Source: Thermoprotei archaeon (GTDB taxonomy: Archaea; Thermoproteota; Thermoprotei; Thermoproteales; B15-G16). Taken from it: DNA of 64,000 nucleotides. The notes under the pieces are model-generated. The model was not told the origin of the DNA. It did not search any database and was given only the letters and a program-made list of their open reading frames with translations. Shown in pieces: positions 9,148-20,476 of the stretch (positions are counted from its first letter, which is position 1; every line of letters starts with the position of its first letter). A program made the position numbers and the translations under genes. The stretch lies in assembly GCA_003649205.1 (NCBI GenBank), contig QMRC01000006.1, forward strand, positions 13,190-77,189. The letters are read 5' to 3'.

Positions 9148-10491
9148 ATGAGAGTTGATGTTGTGGTAGTTGGTGGTGGGCCTGGTGGTTACACAAGTGC
9201 TCTAGTGACTAAGAGACTCTATCCCGAGATGAGTGTTTTGCTGATTAGAAGGGATGAGAAAGCTATCGTTCCTTGTGGTTCACCATATATCTTCGCTACA
9301 CTTGGTACTGTTGACAAGAACCTCCTACCTGATGATCCATTGAAGAAAGCTGGTGTTGAGATACTGATTGATGAGGTTACTGACATTGATAGGAGTGGCA
9401 AGAGAGTGAAGCTGAAGGGTGGACGTGAAATCGAGTATGGTAAGTTGATACTGGCTACTGGTTCAGTACCTAAGGGACTTAAGGTACCAGGTGCTGAACT
9501 CGATGGTGTATTTTACGTGTATAAGAGCTATGATTATCTGAGGAAGTTGAGGGGGGCTATTGAGGAAGCTAGTAAAATAGTTATCATTGGTGGTGGGTTT
9601 GTCGGCGTTGAGTTTGCTGATGACATAGCTGCTATGGGTAAGGAGGTTACTATTGTTGAGTTGCTACCACATTGCCTATTGCTGAATTTCGATGAGGAAT
9701 TCGCTGTATTAGCTGAGGAGGAGTTGAAGAAGCGTGGAGTAAATATCGTGACAGGTGTTAGGGTTAAGGAATTGAGAGGAGACAAGAGAGTTAAGGCTGT
9801 TGTTCTTGAGGATGGTAGAGAGATACCCTGTGATCTCGTCATTATTTCGGTAGGTACTAGACCAAATGTCGAGCTAGCTCAGAAGTGTGGTCTTAAGATT
9901 CATGAGTTAGGTGCTATAGATGTTGACGAGTATCTGAGAACTAGTGATCCAAACATATTCGCTGTCGGTGATTGTAGCATTAAGAGAGATTTCCTCACAG
10001 GCAAGCCGATGATAGCTATGTTAGCATCCATAGCGGCTATGGAGGGTAGAGTTGTCGCGAGTAACATACTTGGGCTAACTAAAGCTCGTAGAATGCCAGG
10101 TGTAGTCTTTGTCTGTAGTACTCAAGTTGGTGAGCTATGCCTAGGTGCTGCTGGCTACACCGAGAGGAGAGCTAAGGAGGAAGGTCTAGATTACTTAGCT
10201 GTGACATACACTACGGTTAACAGACATCCAGGTGCTATACCTGACGCTAGGAAGATAACTATGAAGTTACTATTCCTGAAGAGAAGTGGGCAACTAATAG
10301 GTGCAGAGGTAGCAGGTGGTAAGGAGGTAGGTGAGTTGATTAACTTACTGGCGCTAGCTATACAGGACAAGGCTACTGTTGCTAACTTACTTGATCTACA
10401 GTTCGGAACACATCCAAAGCTCACACCATCACCAATAGCATACCACGTGGTTAACGCTGCTGAGGAAGCAATTAGGAAATTAAGAACTTAA
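9148..10491 (+). CDS. FAD-dependent pyridine nucleotide-disulfide oxidoreductase (NADH oxidase / CoA-disulfide reductase family)
   Basis: FAD-binding VVVVGGGPGG at the N-terminus (start MRVDVVVV at 9148). There is a single redox Cys in VPCGSPY, a second dinucleotide motif IIGGGFVGVE, and GDC later. Confidence 0.8.
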   Translation: MRVDVVVVGGGPGGYTSALVTKRLYPEMSVLLIRRDEKAIVPCGSPYIFATLGTVDKNLLPDDPLKKAGVEILIDEVTDIDRSGKRVKLKGGREIEYGKLILATGSVPKGLKVPGAELDGVFYVYKSYDYLRKLRGAIEEASKIVIIGGGFVGVEFADDIAAMGKEVTIVELLPHCLLLNFDEEFAVLAEEELKKRGVNIVTGVRVKELRGDKRVKAVVLEDGREIPCDLVIISVGTRPNVELAQKCGLKIHELGAIDVDEYLRTSDPNIFAVGDCSIKRDFLTGKPMIAMLASIAAMEGRVVASNILGLTKARRMPGVVFVCSTQVGELCLGAAGYTERRAKEEGLDYLAVTYTTVNRHPGAIPDARKITMKLLFLKRSGQLIGAEVAGGKEVGELINLLALAIQDKATVANLLDLQFGTHPKLTPSPIAYHVVNAAEEAIRKLRT

Positions 10492-10613
10492 ACCACCCCT
10501 ACCTCTATTCCATCCCTCACTTCAATTCTAAGTTACGTAGTTTAGTGACTAATCTATAGGTTGACTTAAAACATATAACCTACTAGCTACTTATCAATTG
10601 ATTGAGGGAGAGG

Positions 10614-10901
10614 ATGAGGATTAAGGTAGTTAAGAGGGATGGTCGTGAGGAAGAGTTCATACCTGAGAAAGTTGTTGTAAGCTGTCTCAAGGCCGGTGCT
10701 CCTGTTGATGTTGCTAGGAAGATAGCTAAGATTATTGAGGGTAGGTTACTTGAGTCAGGTAGAGATACCGTAACTGCAAAGGAATTAACTAAGTGGATTC
10801 TTGAGCTTTTGAGAAAGGAGAATGAGGAGTGGTATAGGAACTGGATCTTATTTGATAGAGCTGTAAAGAGGAGGAGGACTGAGGAAGAACTGAAGGAGTA
10901 G
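10614..10901 (+). CDS. stand-alone ATP-cone domain protein
   Basis: MRIKVVKRDGREEEFIPEKV.. is a typical ATP-cone opening. About 95 aa with a basic tail. Confidence 0.6.
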   Translation: MRIKVVKRDGREEEFIPEKVVVSCLKAGAPVDVARKIAKIIEGRLLESGRDTVTAKELTKWILELLRKENEEWYRNWILFDRAVKRRRTEEELKE

Positions 10902-10904
10902 CTA

Positions 10905-11969
10905 CTAGATGTAACCTAGCTTAACCATTGCTTCAGCTATGAGGACTGCTATTCCAGCAGCACCTCTAGCCAGATTATGACCAAGTAATACGAATTTTAC
11001 TCCCTTTTTAAAAGCGCTTTCCTTTCTAATTCGTCCAACGACAACTGCCATACCTTCGTAGATCCACCTGTCTAGTCTTGGTTGTGGTCTATTCACCTCG
11101 TACCTTACAACTATGGGTTTTTCAGGAGCTGTTGGTAACTTCATCTCTTGTGGAGGTCCACGGAATTCCTCAAGTACCTTAGTTATCTCCTCAATGGAAC
11201 AGTCTTTCTCGGTCTCAACAAACACTGTCTCTAGATGACCCTCAAGAACTGGAACGCGCGTACAGGTTGCTGAGATCCTTATGTTAGCCCACTCAATACC
11301 TTCACCAGTTAGCTTACCAAGTATCTTCCTACTTTCATTCTCTACCTTCTCCTCCTCATTCGGTATGTAAGGTACTACGTTGTCTATTATATCTAGACTA
11401 GATACTCCAGGGTATCCAGCACCTGAAACTGATTGCATGGTTGCAACTATGACTTTCTTAATACCGAAGTTATCTAGTATTGGTTTGAGTGCTAGGGTTA
11501 GGATTGCTGCTGTGCAGTTTGGATTCTTCACTAACTTACCTCTCCAACCTCTATTCCTCTCTTGTAGCTTCAGCAATTCTAAGTGATCGAGATTGACTTC
11601 AGGATTTATTAGTGGTACATCTGAGTCAAGTCTGTAGGGACTAGCGTTTGATACCACGGTAAATCCTCTTTTAACTAGCTCTATCTCTATGTCCTTAGCA
11701 ATGTTGGGTGGTAGTGCGGAGAACACGATATCCAGTTCCTTAGGTATCTTCTCAGGAACAATCTCCTCAACTACTAGGTCACCCACCTCATCAGGTATTG
11801 GTTTTGGTACGTACTTCTCCTGTACTACTTCACGGAGTTTTTTCCCAGCTGATGCCTTCGATGCGCCTAGGTACATGACCTCAAACCATGGATGCCTAGA
11901 TAGGTAGTACGTCATTAGTTGACCTACAAGACCTGTAGCACCTAGGATACCAACCTTGAGCTTACTCAT
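10905..11969 (-). CDS. asd: aspartate-semialdehyde dehydrogenase
   Basis: VGILGATGLVGQ NAD(P) motif and active-site NPNCTAA. It lies in an operon with aspartate kinase and homoserine dehydrogenase. Confidence 0.9.
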   Translation of the reverse strand: MSKLKVGILGATGLVGQLMTYYLSRHPWFEVMYLGASKASAGKKLREVVQEKYVPKPIPDEVGDLVVEEIVPEKIPKELDIVFSALPPNIAKDIEIELVKRGFTVVSNASPYRLDSDVPLINPEVNLDHLELLKLQERNRGWRGKLVKNPNCTAAILTLALKPILDNFGIKKVIVATMQSVSGAGYPGVSSLDIIDNVVPYIPNEEEKVENESRKILGKLTGEGIEWANIRISATCTRVPVLEGHLETVFVETEKDCSIEEITKVLEEFRGPPQEMKLPTAPEKPIVVRYEVNRPQPRLDRWIYEGMAVVVGRIRKESAFKKGVKFVLLGHNLARGAAGIAVLIAEAMVKLGYI

Positions 11970-13126
11970 TCAATCACCTCCTCTACAATACTGAGAACGT
12001 CCCTCACATGGGTATCATTAGTCACTAGCTTCAAGCTAAATCTGGTTATCGATACGTGGTACACCTTACCCTCATATAGTAGGTCTCGAATTCTCTCAAG
12101 AAGACTACACACCTTACTATATGTCAGGTTACTGACAATAACTAGGGAGCAGTTCTCGATAATTCTGAGGAGCTTTGCAAGACCTCTCTCCAAAATTTCA
12201 CTCACTAGCTCTCTACTTGGACTACACTTCAGCAAAGTCACCACTGACTCGTGTTCTAGGATCACATCTACAATATCTCTAGCTCCTCTCACTATCGTAG
12301 CTAGAAGTGTACCCACATCGAGAACACCGATACAGAGTAGTAAGCTCAGGTTACTGTACGTGAGTACTCTCGGTTTCTCATGGATCTCTACGTAGCTACC
12401 TTTAAGTTCAGGTAACTTATCTGGTGATGTCACAACTAACTTCATACTAGAGGATACGTAGTCTAGAGTAGCTGGGTGTACTACCCTTGAACCATAGTTA
12501 ACCATTACCTTAAGGTACTCTACAGGCACCTTCTCAAGACATGCACTACTACCTACGTTATGGACATGTATCTCACCATCCTTAGTCAGTACTAAGTACT
12601 CAGCCCCTAATGCATACGCTATGAGCGCAGCAGTTACGTCCGATGTATTCCTCCCTAGTGTCGTTACCTTAAAGTCACTGTGGCTCACCCCAATGAACCC
12701 CGGTACTATGACAACACTCCTCTCTAGAAGTTTGGGAACGACCTCCTTTACCCTAGATACAGTCACCTCAAGAATTGGCTTCGCTCTAAGATGCTCACCA
12801 GTAGTTACTATAGGCCACGTACCGGTATCAGCTGGATCCAAGATCACTGCTGGCACACCTCTAGATTTGAGAGCAAGTGCAAGCAATCTAGCGCTCAATC
12901 TCTCACCAAAGCTAAGTACTTCATCGAGTAGTTCAGCATCTGGACTACCACCACTAACCTCGTGAGAGAGCTTTAGAAGTTCATCAGTACTACCCTTCAT
13001 AGCTGATACCACAACAACTAGCTTGTAACCACCTTCGTATAGCTTTTTGATTGATTCAGCAATCCTACAGTAGTCACTGGGAGATCTCAGAGGAGACCCG
13101 CCAATCTTAACAACTAGGATGCTCAC
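11966..13126 (-). CDS. aspartate kinase
   Basis: Amino-acid-kinase N-terminus ILVVKIGGSPL and VVVVSAMKGSTDELL, with an ACT-like C-terminal region. 4-bp overlaps with the neighbouring genes. Confidence 0.8.
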   Translation of the reverse strand: MSILVVKIGGSPLRSPSDYCRIAESIKKLYEGGYKLVVVVSAMKGSTDELLKLSHEVSGGSPDAELLDEVLSFGERLSARLLALALKSRGVPAVILDPADTGTWPIVTTGEHLRAKPILEVTVSRVKEVVPKLLERSVVIVPGFIGVSHSDFKVTTLGRNTSDVTAALIAYALGAEYLVLTKDGEIHVHNVGSSACLEKVPVEYLKVMVNYGSRVVHPATLDYVSSSMKLVVTSPDKLPELKGSYVEIHEKPRVLTYSNLSLLLCIGVLDVGTLLATIVRGARDIVDVILEHESVVTLLKCSPSRELVSEILERGLAKLLRIIENCSLVIVSNLTYSKVCSLLERIRDLLYEGKVYHVSITRFSLKLVTNDTHVRDVLSIVEEVIE

Positions 13127-14217
13127 TCATCATCACCTCCAAGACAGGGGTACCAGTTCCCTAGTAGTACCTGAACAAGATCACTAAGTATGGTAGATGC
13201 GGTGGGTAAACCACCAGCTCCAATACCCTTCAGGAAAACCCTATTCCCAATACCAGTCTCAATCAACACAGCATTGTACTCCCAATCAACACTAGCTAGT
13301 GGATCATCACAGGACACGACAGTAGGCTTAACACACAGCTCCTTAACTCCACTCTTCTCGAGTGCAGCACTTGCTAAGTACTTCACAACCTTACCTTTAC
13401 TCTTAAGCTCCTCAACATCTAGCTTACTAACTTCCCTCAAACTAATCCTCTCAACATCGTGAACCCTGTAATCTGTACCGAGAAGAGTATTGACTAAGAT
13501 CACTAGCTTAGCTGCAGGATCCCAACCATCTACATCAAGAGATGGATCAGCTTCTGCAAAACCCCTCTCCTGTGCAACCTTAAGAGCTTCTTCAAAGCTT
13601 CTCCTCTCAACAAACATTGAGGTCAAGATGTAGTTAGTAGTACCATTGAGTATACCCTTAATTAGCTTGATGCCCTGAACCCACAGAGTATGACCTAGCA
13701 AATCGAGTACCGGTGTACCAGCCATGACAGTTGCTGAGTACCTGAGTAGTGCACCGTGTTTCTTAGCTAGATTAATCAAGTATCTAAACCTCAGTGCTAG
13801 AGGTGCTTTATTTGAGGTAACTACGTGAATACCCCTAGACAGCGCAGCTTCAATATGCCTTAAACCTGGTTCACCAGTTACATAGTTTGCCGGTGTAATC
13901 TCGATAACTACATCGGGTTGAGTTACATCAATGACATCAAGTGTAGTTGCTCCCGGCTTACCATAGGTAGGGTATGTAGATACAGCACTTCGAGACAATT
14001 TGAGTATCTCAGAGAGTTCACTATAGGTGAATCCACTCTCTTTTATAACAGCACCTCTCGAATCAACGATACCAACGATAGATATTTCAGCACCAGTACA
14101 CCTCTTAACTGTGTTAAAACCTACATCAATCAGTAACCTAATAAATGCCCTACCCACTGTACCGAAACCCGAGACTGCAACCTTCACTACCTTACCCTTG
14201 ACATCAATGGTAATCAC
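13123..14217 (-). CDS. hom: homoserine dehydrogenase
   Basis: VAVSGFGTVGRAF NAD-binding motif and the catalytic-domain block KGILNGTTNYILT. Confidence 0.85.
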   Translation of the reverse strand: MITIDVKGKVVKVAVSGFGTVGRAFIRLLIDVGFNTVKRCTGAEISIVGIVDSRGAVIKESGFTYSELSEILKLSRSAVSTYPTYGKPGATTLDVIDVTQPDVVIEITPANYVTGEPGLRHIEAALSRGIHVVTSNKAPLALRFRYLINLAKKHGALLRYSATVMAGTPVLDLLGHTLWVQGIKLIKGILNGTTNYILTSMFVERRSFEEALKVAQERGFAEADPSLDVDGWDPAAKLVILVNTLLGTDYRVHDVERISLREVSKLDVEELKSKGKVVKYLASAALEKSGVKELCVKPTVVSCDDPLASVDWEYNAVLIETGIGNRVFLKGIGAGGLPTASTILSDLVQVLLGNWYPCLGGDDE

Positions 14218-14302
14218 CTAAACACTAAGAGTGGAAACCCTATATAACCTTATTCCTACTACTCATAATTAAGCAGTTAAAGAGATGAGTCTTAGTAATC
14301 AA

Positions 14303-15283
14303 TTACTTCCTAGCATAGAGCCAGCAGGCTACGTAGTGATCACGTTCTATCTCAATGAGTGGTGGTTCCTCTCTTGCACAGAGAGAGCATGCTTGCGGGC
14401 ATCTTGGGTGGAATCTACAACCAGGCGGTGGATTTATTGGACTTGGTGGTTCGCCTTTTGGTCTTAGCTTCATTCTTGACCTAGCTATCTTGGGGTCTGG
14501 TATGGGTATTGATGAGAGAAGGACTTGAGTATAGGGGTGTAGAGGTGCTTCGAAGATCTCATCTGATGGAGCTATCTCAACAATCTTACCTAGGTACATG
14601 ACAGCTATTCTGTGGCTCATGTACTTGACAACAGCTAGGTCGTGAGATATGAAGAGATATGTGAAGTTGTGTTCCTTTTGCAAGTCCTTCAGCATGTTCA
14701 GTATCTGCGCCTGTACTGAGACATCTAGTGATGATGTTGGTTCATCTAGGACTATGAACTTAGGTCTTACAGCAAGGACTCTAGCTATTGCAATCCTCTG
14801 TCTTTGACCACCACTGAACTCATGTGGATACCTATAGAGGTGTTCTCTAGAGAGACCTACCTTCTCGAGGATAGAAGCAACGTAGTCTTCCATATCTTCA
14901 GGAATTTCCTGCTGTGTAGCCTTAATAGCTTCAGCAACTATGTCAAAGACCATCATCCTGGGGTTAAGTGAGCTATAGGGGTCTTGAAACACTATCTGCA
15001 CCTTCCTTCTAAATTCCTTCAACTCCCTACCCCTTAACCTAAATACATCCTTACCCTCGAAGTACACAGTACCACTTGTCGGTTCAAGTAACCTAACAAT
15101 CAACCTACCTAGAGTTGACTTACCACAACCCGATTCACCAACTAGACCAAAGGTCTCTCCCTCACGTATGATGAACGATACACCATCAACAGCTCTAACC
15201 CAACCCTTTGTGAAGAAGAGCTTCTTTATCGGGAACCACTTCCTGAGATTATCAACAACAACTATTGGATCCACATACCTCAC
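14303..15283 (-). CDS. oligopeptide/dipeptide ABC transporter ATP-binding protein (OppF/DppF type)
   Basis: Walker [10 protein letters not shown], signature FSGGQRQR, Walker B VLDEPTS, and the C-terminal oligopeptide-transporter extension [11 protein letters not shown]. Confidence 0.9.
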   Translation of the reverse strand: MRYVDPIVVVDNLRKWFPIKKLFFTKGWVRAVDGVSFIIREGETFGLVGESGCGKSTLGRLIVRLLEPTSGTVYFEGKDVFRLRGRELKEFRRKVQIVFQDPYSSLNPRMMVFDIVAEAIKATQQEIPEDMEDYVASILEKVGLSREHLYRYPHEFSGGQRQRIAIARVLAVRPKFIVLDEPTSSLDVSVQAQILNMLKDLQKEHNFTYLFISHDLAVVKYMSHRIAVMYLGKIVEIAPSDEIFEAPLHPYTQVLLSSIPIPDPKIARSRMKLRPKGEPPSPINPPPGCRFHPRCPQACSLCAREEPPLIEIERDHYVACWLYARK

Positions 15284-16257
15284 CTCTTAGCATACATCCA
15301 ACAAGCAACATAGTGATTAGGTTCGACCTCAATCATTGGTGGTTCCTCCCTTGCACAGATATCCTTCGCAAATTGACACCTAGGTCTAAACCTACAACCT
15401 GGAGGTAGATTCACTGGACTAGGTATCATACCAGGTATCGAGTATAGTCGCTCTACCCTCTTTAGTGGATTAGGTATTGCCTTGAGTAGGCCCTGAGTGT
15501 AGGGATGTAGGGGTTTCTCGAATAGTGTATATACATCAGCTACCTCAACAATCTTACCTAGGTACATGACAGCAACTCTATCGCAGTACTCAGCTACTAG
15601 ACCTAGGTTATGTGTTATGAGTAGTAGCGTTGTGTTGTAGAGCTTCTTTAACTCCATTATGAGGTCCATGATCTGGGCTTGTATGGTTACGTCAAGAGCT
15701 GTTGTTGGTTCATCAGCTATGAGTAGCTTAGGTCTATTAGCTATAGACATAGAGATTACGACTCTCTGCTTCATACCACCAGATAGCTCATGAGGGTAGT
15801 TCTTAATTCGCTTCTCCGCTTCAGGAATAGCTACTTGCTTTAATAGCTTAAGTGCGTACATCCACGCATCTCTCCACTTAACAACACCTTGGTGCGATAC
15901 TATGGTCTCAGAAATCTGGTAACCACATGTGTATAGAGGATCAAGTGCACTACTCGGATCTTGACAGATATACGCTATATCAGCTCCTCTAATAGCTCTC
16001 AACTCCTTCTCAGGAAGTGACAGGAGATCTCTACCCTCGAAGAAAACTCTACCTGACACTATCCTACCTGGTGGTGGTATCAATCTGAGAACTGCTCTAG
16101 CTACCGTAGATTTGCCACAACCAGTCTCACCAACAAGGGCAAAACTCTCACCACGATACACCTCTAGGTCAATACCATCGACAGCCTTCACTACACCAGC
16201 ATAGGTGTAGAAGTAGACTCGTAGATCCTCAACTCTTAAGAGAACCTCACCACTCAC
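15280..16257 (-). CDS. oligopeptide/dipeptide ABC transporter ATP-binding protein (OppD/DppD type)
   Basis: Walker [10 protein letters not shown], signature LSGGMKQR, Walker B IADEPTT, and C-terminal [10 protein letters not shown]. Confidence 0.9.
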   Translation of the reverse strand: MSGEVLLRVEDLRVYFYTYAGVVKAVDGIDLEVYRGESFALVGETGCGKSTVARAVLRLIPPPGRIVSGRVFFEGRDLLSLPEKELRAIRGADIAYICQDPSSALDPLYTCGYQISETIVSHQGVVKWRDAWMYALKLLKQVAIPEAEKRIKNYPHELSGGMKQRVVISMSIANRPKLLIADEPTTALDVTIQAQIMDLIMELKKLYNTTLLLITHNLGLVAEYCDRVAVMYLGKIVEVADVYTLFEKPLHPYTQGLLKAIPNPLKRVERLYSIPGMIPSPVNLPPGCRFRPRCQFAKDICAREEPPMIEVEPNHYVACWMYAKR

Positions 16258-17189
16258 TACCTACCCCTCCTCTCTTTGAACTCTAATCTCCTCCTATAAC
16301 GAGGATCAAGTACATCACGAAGCGCATCACCAAGGAGATTCCAACCAAGTGCTGTAAGGAATATAGCTAGACCAGGGAAGAACACATACCACCACTTCTC
16401 AGGAAAGTAAGCTCTACCATCAGCAACTAACCTACCCCACTCAGGAGTTGGTGGTTGAGCACCCAAACCAATGAAGGACAGTGCTGCAGCTACCAGTATC
16501 ACACTACCGAAATCCAACGTAGCTAACACTATGACAGGAGTAAGAGCATTTGGAAGAATGTGCCTGAACATTATCTTCAGCGGATTGAGACCAAGAGCCT
16601 TAGCAGCTTCAACGAATAGAGATTCCTTAATCTGTAGCACTTGACCACGAACAACTCTGACATAGGGTGGCCACCAGACCAATGCTATAGCAGCCATAGC
16701 GGACCAAATACTTGCACCAAATGCAGCACTGAAGGCAATAGCCAGTATGAGTCCTGGAAATGACAGGAATACATCGGTTACCCTCATAATTACCTCATCA
16801 ACTACACCACCGAAGTAACCAGCTATGAGACCCAGTACAATACCTAGGGGAATAGCTATACTCAACACAACTATAGCCACCATGAGAGATATCCTAGCAC
16901 CACACAGCACTCTACTGAATAGATCTCTACCGAACTCATCTGTACCAAATGGATGCTCCCACGAAGGTGGTTGGAGTCTAAGTTCATGCATCTTCTCGAA
17001 GTCTATCTCGATGGGGTTGTACGGTGCTATGTAGGGGCCTACGATCCCGAGTATGATAAACGACATCGAGAGCACTAGACCAGCGATAGCTGTAGGTGAT
17101 CTAGTTAGTGCTGTGAACATTAGCTTATACTCACGTAATCTAGCTCTATTCCTCTTCCTCCAATTGTGAAGGATATGAAGCAGCCTCAT
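16257..17189 (-). CDS. peptide ABC transporter permease (OppC/DppC type)
   Basis: Polytopic protein with an N-terminal OppC-like segment, a BPD-transporter EAA-like loop (EAAKALGLNPLKIMFRHILPN), and operon context. Confidence 0.85.
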   Translation of the reverse strand: MRLLHILHNWRKRNRARLREYKLMFTALTRSPTAIAGLVLSMSFIILGIVGPYIAPYNPIEIDFEKMHELRLQPPSWEHPFGTDEFGRDLFSRVLCGARISLMVAIVVLSIAIPLGIVLGLIAGYFGGVVDEVIMRVTDVFLSFPGLILAIAFSAAFGASIWSAMAAIALVWWPPYVRVVRGQVLQIKESLFVEAAKALGLNPLKIMFRHILPNALTPVIVLATLDFGSVILVAAALSFIGLGAQPPTPEWGRLVADGRAYFPEKWWYVFFPGLAIFLTALGWNLLGDALRDVLDPRYRRRLEFKERRGR

Positions 17190-18190
17190 AGTCTAATCCT
17201 CGGATCGATAATTGCGTACAGGATATCAACAATTAGATTTACCGTAACGTAAACTAGCCCAATTATCAAGGTAACACCCATTATAGCTGGGTAATCTATG
17301 TTCGATATAGCGGCGACAGTGTACGTACCTAGACCAGGCCAAGAGAATACGGTCTCAGTAATTACAGCACCACAGAGGAGTGAACCGAAGAGAAGACCAA
17401 GTATTGTTATTATTGGTATAGATGCGTTCCTGAATACATGTCTAAATACGAAACTAGGCTTGAGACCACGTATGCGTGCGTAATCTATGAAGTCAGCTGA
17501 TAACACATCGAGGACACTACTTCTGGTAATCCTAGCAACAAGACCAATACATGGATATGCAAGTGTGAATCCGGGGAGTATTATGTGCTGTAGATTACTC
17601 CGAAAAGCCTCGAAGTCACCACATAGCAAGCTATCTAGTAGGTATAGACCTGTGTAGGTTATCCTTGGTGGAATCCCTCGACCTGTAGCTGGTAGTAGAC
17701 CTAGACTGTAGTAGAAGATCCACTGAAGTATTATACCGAGCCAGAATACCGGCATGGAGGCGCCGCTTATAGCTATGATCCTGACCACGTGATCAATCCA
17801 GGTATCTTTCTTAAGCGCAGATATCACACCGAGAGGTATACCAATGAAGATTGTGACAAATAGTGAGAAGAGTGCTAGTTCAGCTGTTGCAGGAAAGTAC
17901 GTAGCTATATCGGCTATGACTGGTCTATGTGTTACAGGTGAGATACCCCAGTGACCAGTAAATATGTCCTTAAGGTAGTAAAAGTACTGAATGTGTGGTG
18001 GCTTATCTAGATGGTACTTCTTAATGAGCAGCTGGACAACTTCTGGTTTCGCCTTTATACCACCAGCCCAGAGAACAGCTGGGTTAGCTGGTATGACTCT
18101 AGCTATGAGGAATGTGAGAAGAGTAACTCCAATGATCGTGGGTATAAATGTGAGCAACCTCCTGATTAGGTAGTACTTCAATTCACCCAT
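17186..18190 (-). CDS. peptide ABC transporter permease (OppB/DppB type)
   Basis: Starts ..YLIRRLLTFIPTIIGVTLLTFLI.., typical of OppB/DppB. It has the loop DYARIRGLKPSFVFRHVFRNA. Confidence 0.85.
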   Translation of the reverse strand: MGELKYYLIRRLLTFIPTIIGVTLLTFLIARVIPANPAVLWAGGIKAKPEVVQLLIKKYHLDKPPHIQYFYYLKDIFTGHWGISPVTHRPVIADIATYFPATAELALFSLFVTIFIGIPLGVISALKKDTWIDHVVRIIAISGASMPVFWLGIILQWIFYYSLGLLPATGRGIPPRITYTGLYLLDSLLCGDFEAFRSNLQHIILPGFTLAYPCIGLVARITRSSVLDVLSADFIDYARIRGLKPSFVFRHVFRNASIPIITILGLLFGSLLCGAVITETVFSWPGLGTYTVAAISNIDYPAIMGVTLIIGLVYVTVNLIVDILYAIIDPRIRL

Positions 18191-18284
18191 GGATTATCAC
18201 CAAATCCATCATTAGCTAAACATACAATTGTGAATAGTATAAAAGAGTTTCGCAAAAATTTAATTAGTAAAGAGGTTAGGAGGG

Positions 18285-20354
18285 TTACCCTCTTGCTTCA
18301 CCTACTATTACGAGCCAATCATGGTACGTTAACTTCTTAGCCGTCTCTAGCTTTATGTACTTAGCAGCTTCCTCAAGACTCTTGACTTCGTACACCTTCA
18401 CTTCAGTAAACCGGTAACCACCATATGAGAGAGGCCCTGCGTAGTCGTCTGGATCTATGTAGTCTGGACCCCATCCTAGTAAGTTAATGTCGAAGTCTCC
18501 AGTCATTATCTTCTGGTTGAACACTGGTCTCGATAGTACCTGTATCTTCACCTTGAAACCTAGCTGTGACCATGCTGCCTGTAGTATTGTTGCCATGTCT
18601 TGGAACTCCTTATAGCCTTCACAGATCAGTATCGTGATCGTGTACTTTGTTGGGTCTATTCCTGCCTTCTTCAGCAATTCCTTAGCCTTCTCAATATCGT
18701 ACTTGTAGTCAATGACGTCATCACACTGGAATCCAAACATACCCTTTGGTATTACTCCATATGCCTTGAATGCTAGTCCGCCATGTGCGACCTTTATGAT
18801 CTGATCATATGGTGTTGCGAATGCTAGTGCTTGTCTCACCTCAAGTATGTTGATTGGTTCTCTCTCACAATTTGGTACTATGTAGTCTATGACGAGTGTT
18901 TCCTGCTCCTTAATCACTAGCTTCCATGTCTTACCACCGTACTTCAGTGTGACACCCTTGACCTTGAATAGCAGCGATGGTGGTACTGCTGCATAGTCTA
19001 GGTCACCCTTCTTCAACAACATTATTCTAGTCTCATCCTCTGGAATTAGCTTGATAATCACCTTCTTGATCTTTGGCTTGTCCTTACCCCAGTAGTATGG
19101 GTTAGCTCTGAGCTCTAGGTACTGCTTGTGTACCCACTTAACTAGGTAGTACGGTCCTGTACCCACTGGGTGCTCATACACCCATGGATTGATCTCACCA
19201 GGTTTGATACCACCGTGAGCTTCAACAACGTCCTTACATACTATACTTGCTGGTGATGTAGCTAGTATATTGAGTATTGCTGGGTATGGTGACTTCAGTA
19301 CCAACTTCACAACACCAGCTATCTTACCTTCATAACCGAAGAACTTCAGTAACTCGTCTAGGGACTTAACGGTAGCTACCTTATCTTTGAACTCAGTTAC
19401 CAAACCTTTAGCTATGATCTTCTCAAATTTCTCGAGTGGTACAACAGCACACTTATTTACATCAATGAACGTCTCTATTAACCAGCATGGATCCTGATGC
19501 ATTATGACTACTCTCCTCAGTGAGTAAACTACGTCCTCTGGTTCAAGTGGATAAGTCTTGTTCTCCCATGGATCGTAGAATACTACACCACCTCTGATAA
19601 CGAAGAACCACACTGTAGCATTCTCTGTATGAGCCCATGCAGCAGCTAGACAGGGTACTACGTACTTCGTCTCCTCCTTCTCATAGGTCACTAACTTGTC
19701 ATATATCTGGTGCATTATCCACCAGTCAAAGCCCCAGTAGCTAACTGCTGGGTCTAGGCTATGTGGTTCCTCCGTTGCACCTACTCTGAAGATACCTGGT
19801 TCTGGTGCTGTTGGGTCTTTCTCTAGGTGATTGATCCTGAATACCAGTGTTGGGTGGAAGTAAATTCCCTTAACCCACTCCCAGTACACTCTAGGTCTCT
19901 TAAGCTGTGCTACCCATATCAGTGGTAGCTCGTAGTTCGTTACCTTCTGAATGACCTTGTAGATGACCTCTCTCCACTCAGGATTTGTCGTGTATCTACC
20001 AGCCCAAATCAATGCATCTAGTGTTAGATTGCTGTAGAAGCTAGGTGATATCGTTGAGTATGGCACTAACTTGTCCTTGGGCAGCTTCGTAGCGTTCTTG
20101 TAAGCTATGACGAGGATTCTCTTAGCTACGGTAGGTTTTGCTGGTGGCTTCTTTGGTGGTGTTACAGCAGGTTTTTCCTCTTCAGGCTTAGCTGCTGGCT
20201 TTTTAGCTGCAGGTGGTGCTGGTGGTGTCTTTGGTGTTAGCAGTATCAATGCTACTGCAGCAATGACTATGATCACCGCTACTGCTACAGCAATCAGTAC
20301 TTTAGACAAGGCGATATTTTTCCTACTTCTCATGAATGATTTACCTCCTCTCAT
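18285..20354 (-). CDS. ABC transporter substrate-binding protein, family 5 (peptide/nickel type), membrane-anchored
   Basis: An N-terminal TM anchor is followed by a Pro/Ala/Lys-rich linker and a large SBP_bac_5-like domain. It is the first gene of the opp-like operon. Confidence 0.8.
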   Translation of the reverse strand: MRGGKSFMRSRKNIALSKVLIAVAVAVIIVIAAVALILLTPKTPPAPPAAKKPAAKPEEEKPAVTPPKKPPAKPTVAKRILVIAYKNATKLPKDKLVPYSTISPSFYSNLTLDALIWAGRYTTNPEWREVIYKVIQKVTNYELPLIWVAQLKRPRVYWEWVKGIYFHPTLVFRINHLEKDPTAPEPGIFRVGATEEPHSLDPAVSYWGFDWWIMHQIYDKLVTYEKEETKYVVPCLAAAWAHTENATVWFFVIRGGVVFYDPWENKTYPLEPEDVVYSLRRVVIMHQDPCWLIETFIDVNKCAVVPLEKFEKIIAKGLVTEFKDKVATVKSLDELLKFFGYEGKIAGVVKLVLKSPYPAILNILATSPASIVCKDVVEAHGGIKPGEINPWVYEHPVGTGPYYLVKWVHKQYLELRANPYYWGKDKPKIKKVIIKLIPEDETRIMLLKKGDLDYAAVPPSLLFKVKGVTLKYGGKTWKLVIKEQETLVIDYIVPNCEREPINILEVRQALAFATPYDQIIKVAHGGLAFKAYGVIPKGMFGFQCDDVIDYKYDIEKAKELLKKAGIDPTKYTITILICEGYKEFQDMATILQAAWSQLGFKVKIQVLSRPVFNQKIMTGDFDINLLGWGPDYIDPDDYAGPLSYGGYRFTEVKVYEVKSLEEAAKYIKLETAKKLTYHDWLVIVGEARG

Positions 20355-20381
20355 TGACTTTTTAGTTCCATGACAAAAGGA

Positions 20382-20391
20382 TTATATAAAA
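20382..20391 (-). promoter_or_regulatory. candidate TATA box for the peptide-transporter operon
   Basis: On the minus strand this reads TTTTATATAA, centred about 30 nt upstream of the start codon at 20354. That spacing fits a leaderless or short-leader archaeal transcript. Confidence 0.35.
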
Positions 20392-20476
20392 GTTCTCTAA
20401 ATTACATACGTTACAGTGACATGGTACAGTAGTAAATATTAGATATAGGGATCTATGTGTTGGTGCTGGTGGTTGT

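Noticed and set aside
20107-20373. 88-aa plus-strand Gly/Ala-rich ORF.
   Set aside because: It is an antisense shadow of the Pro/Ala/Lys linker and TM anchor of the substrate-binding protein.
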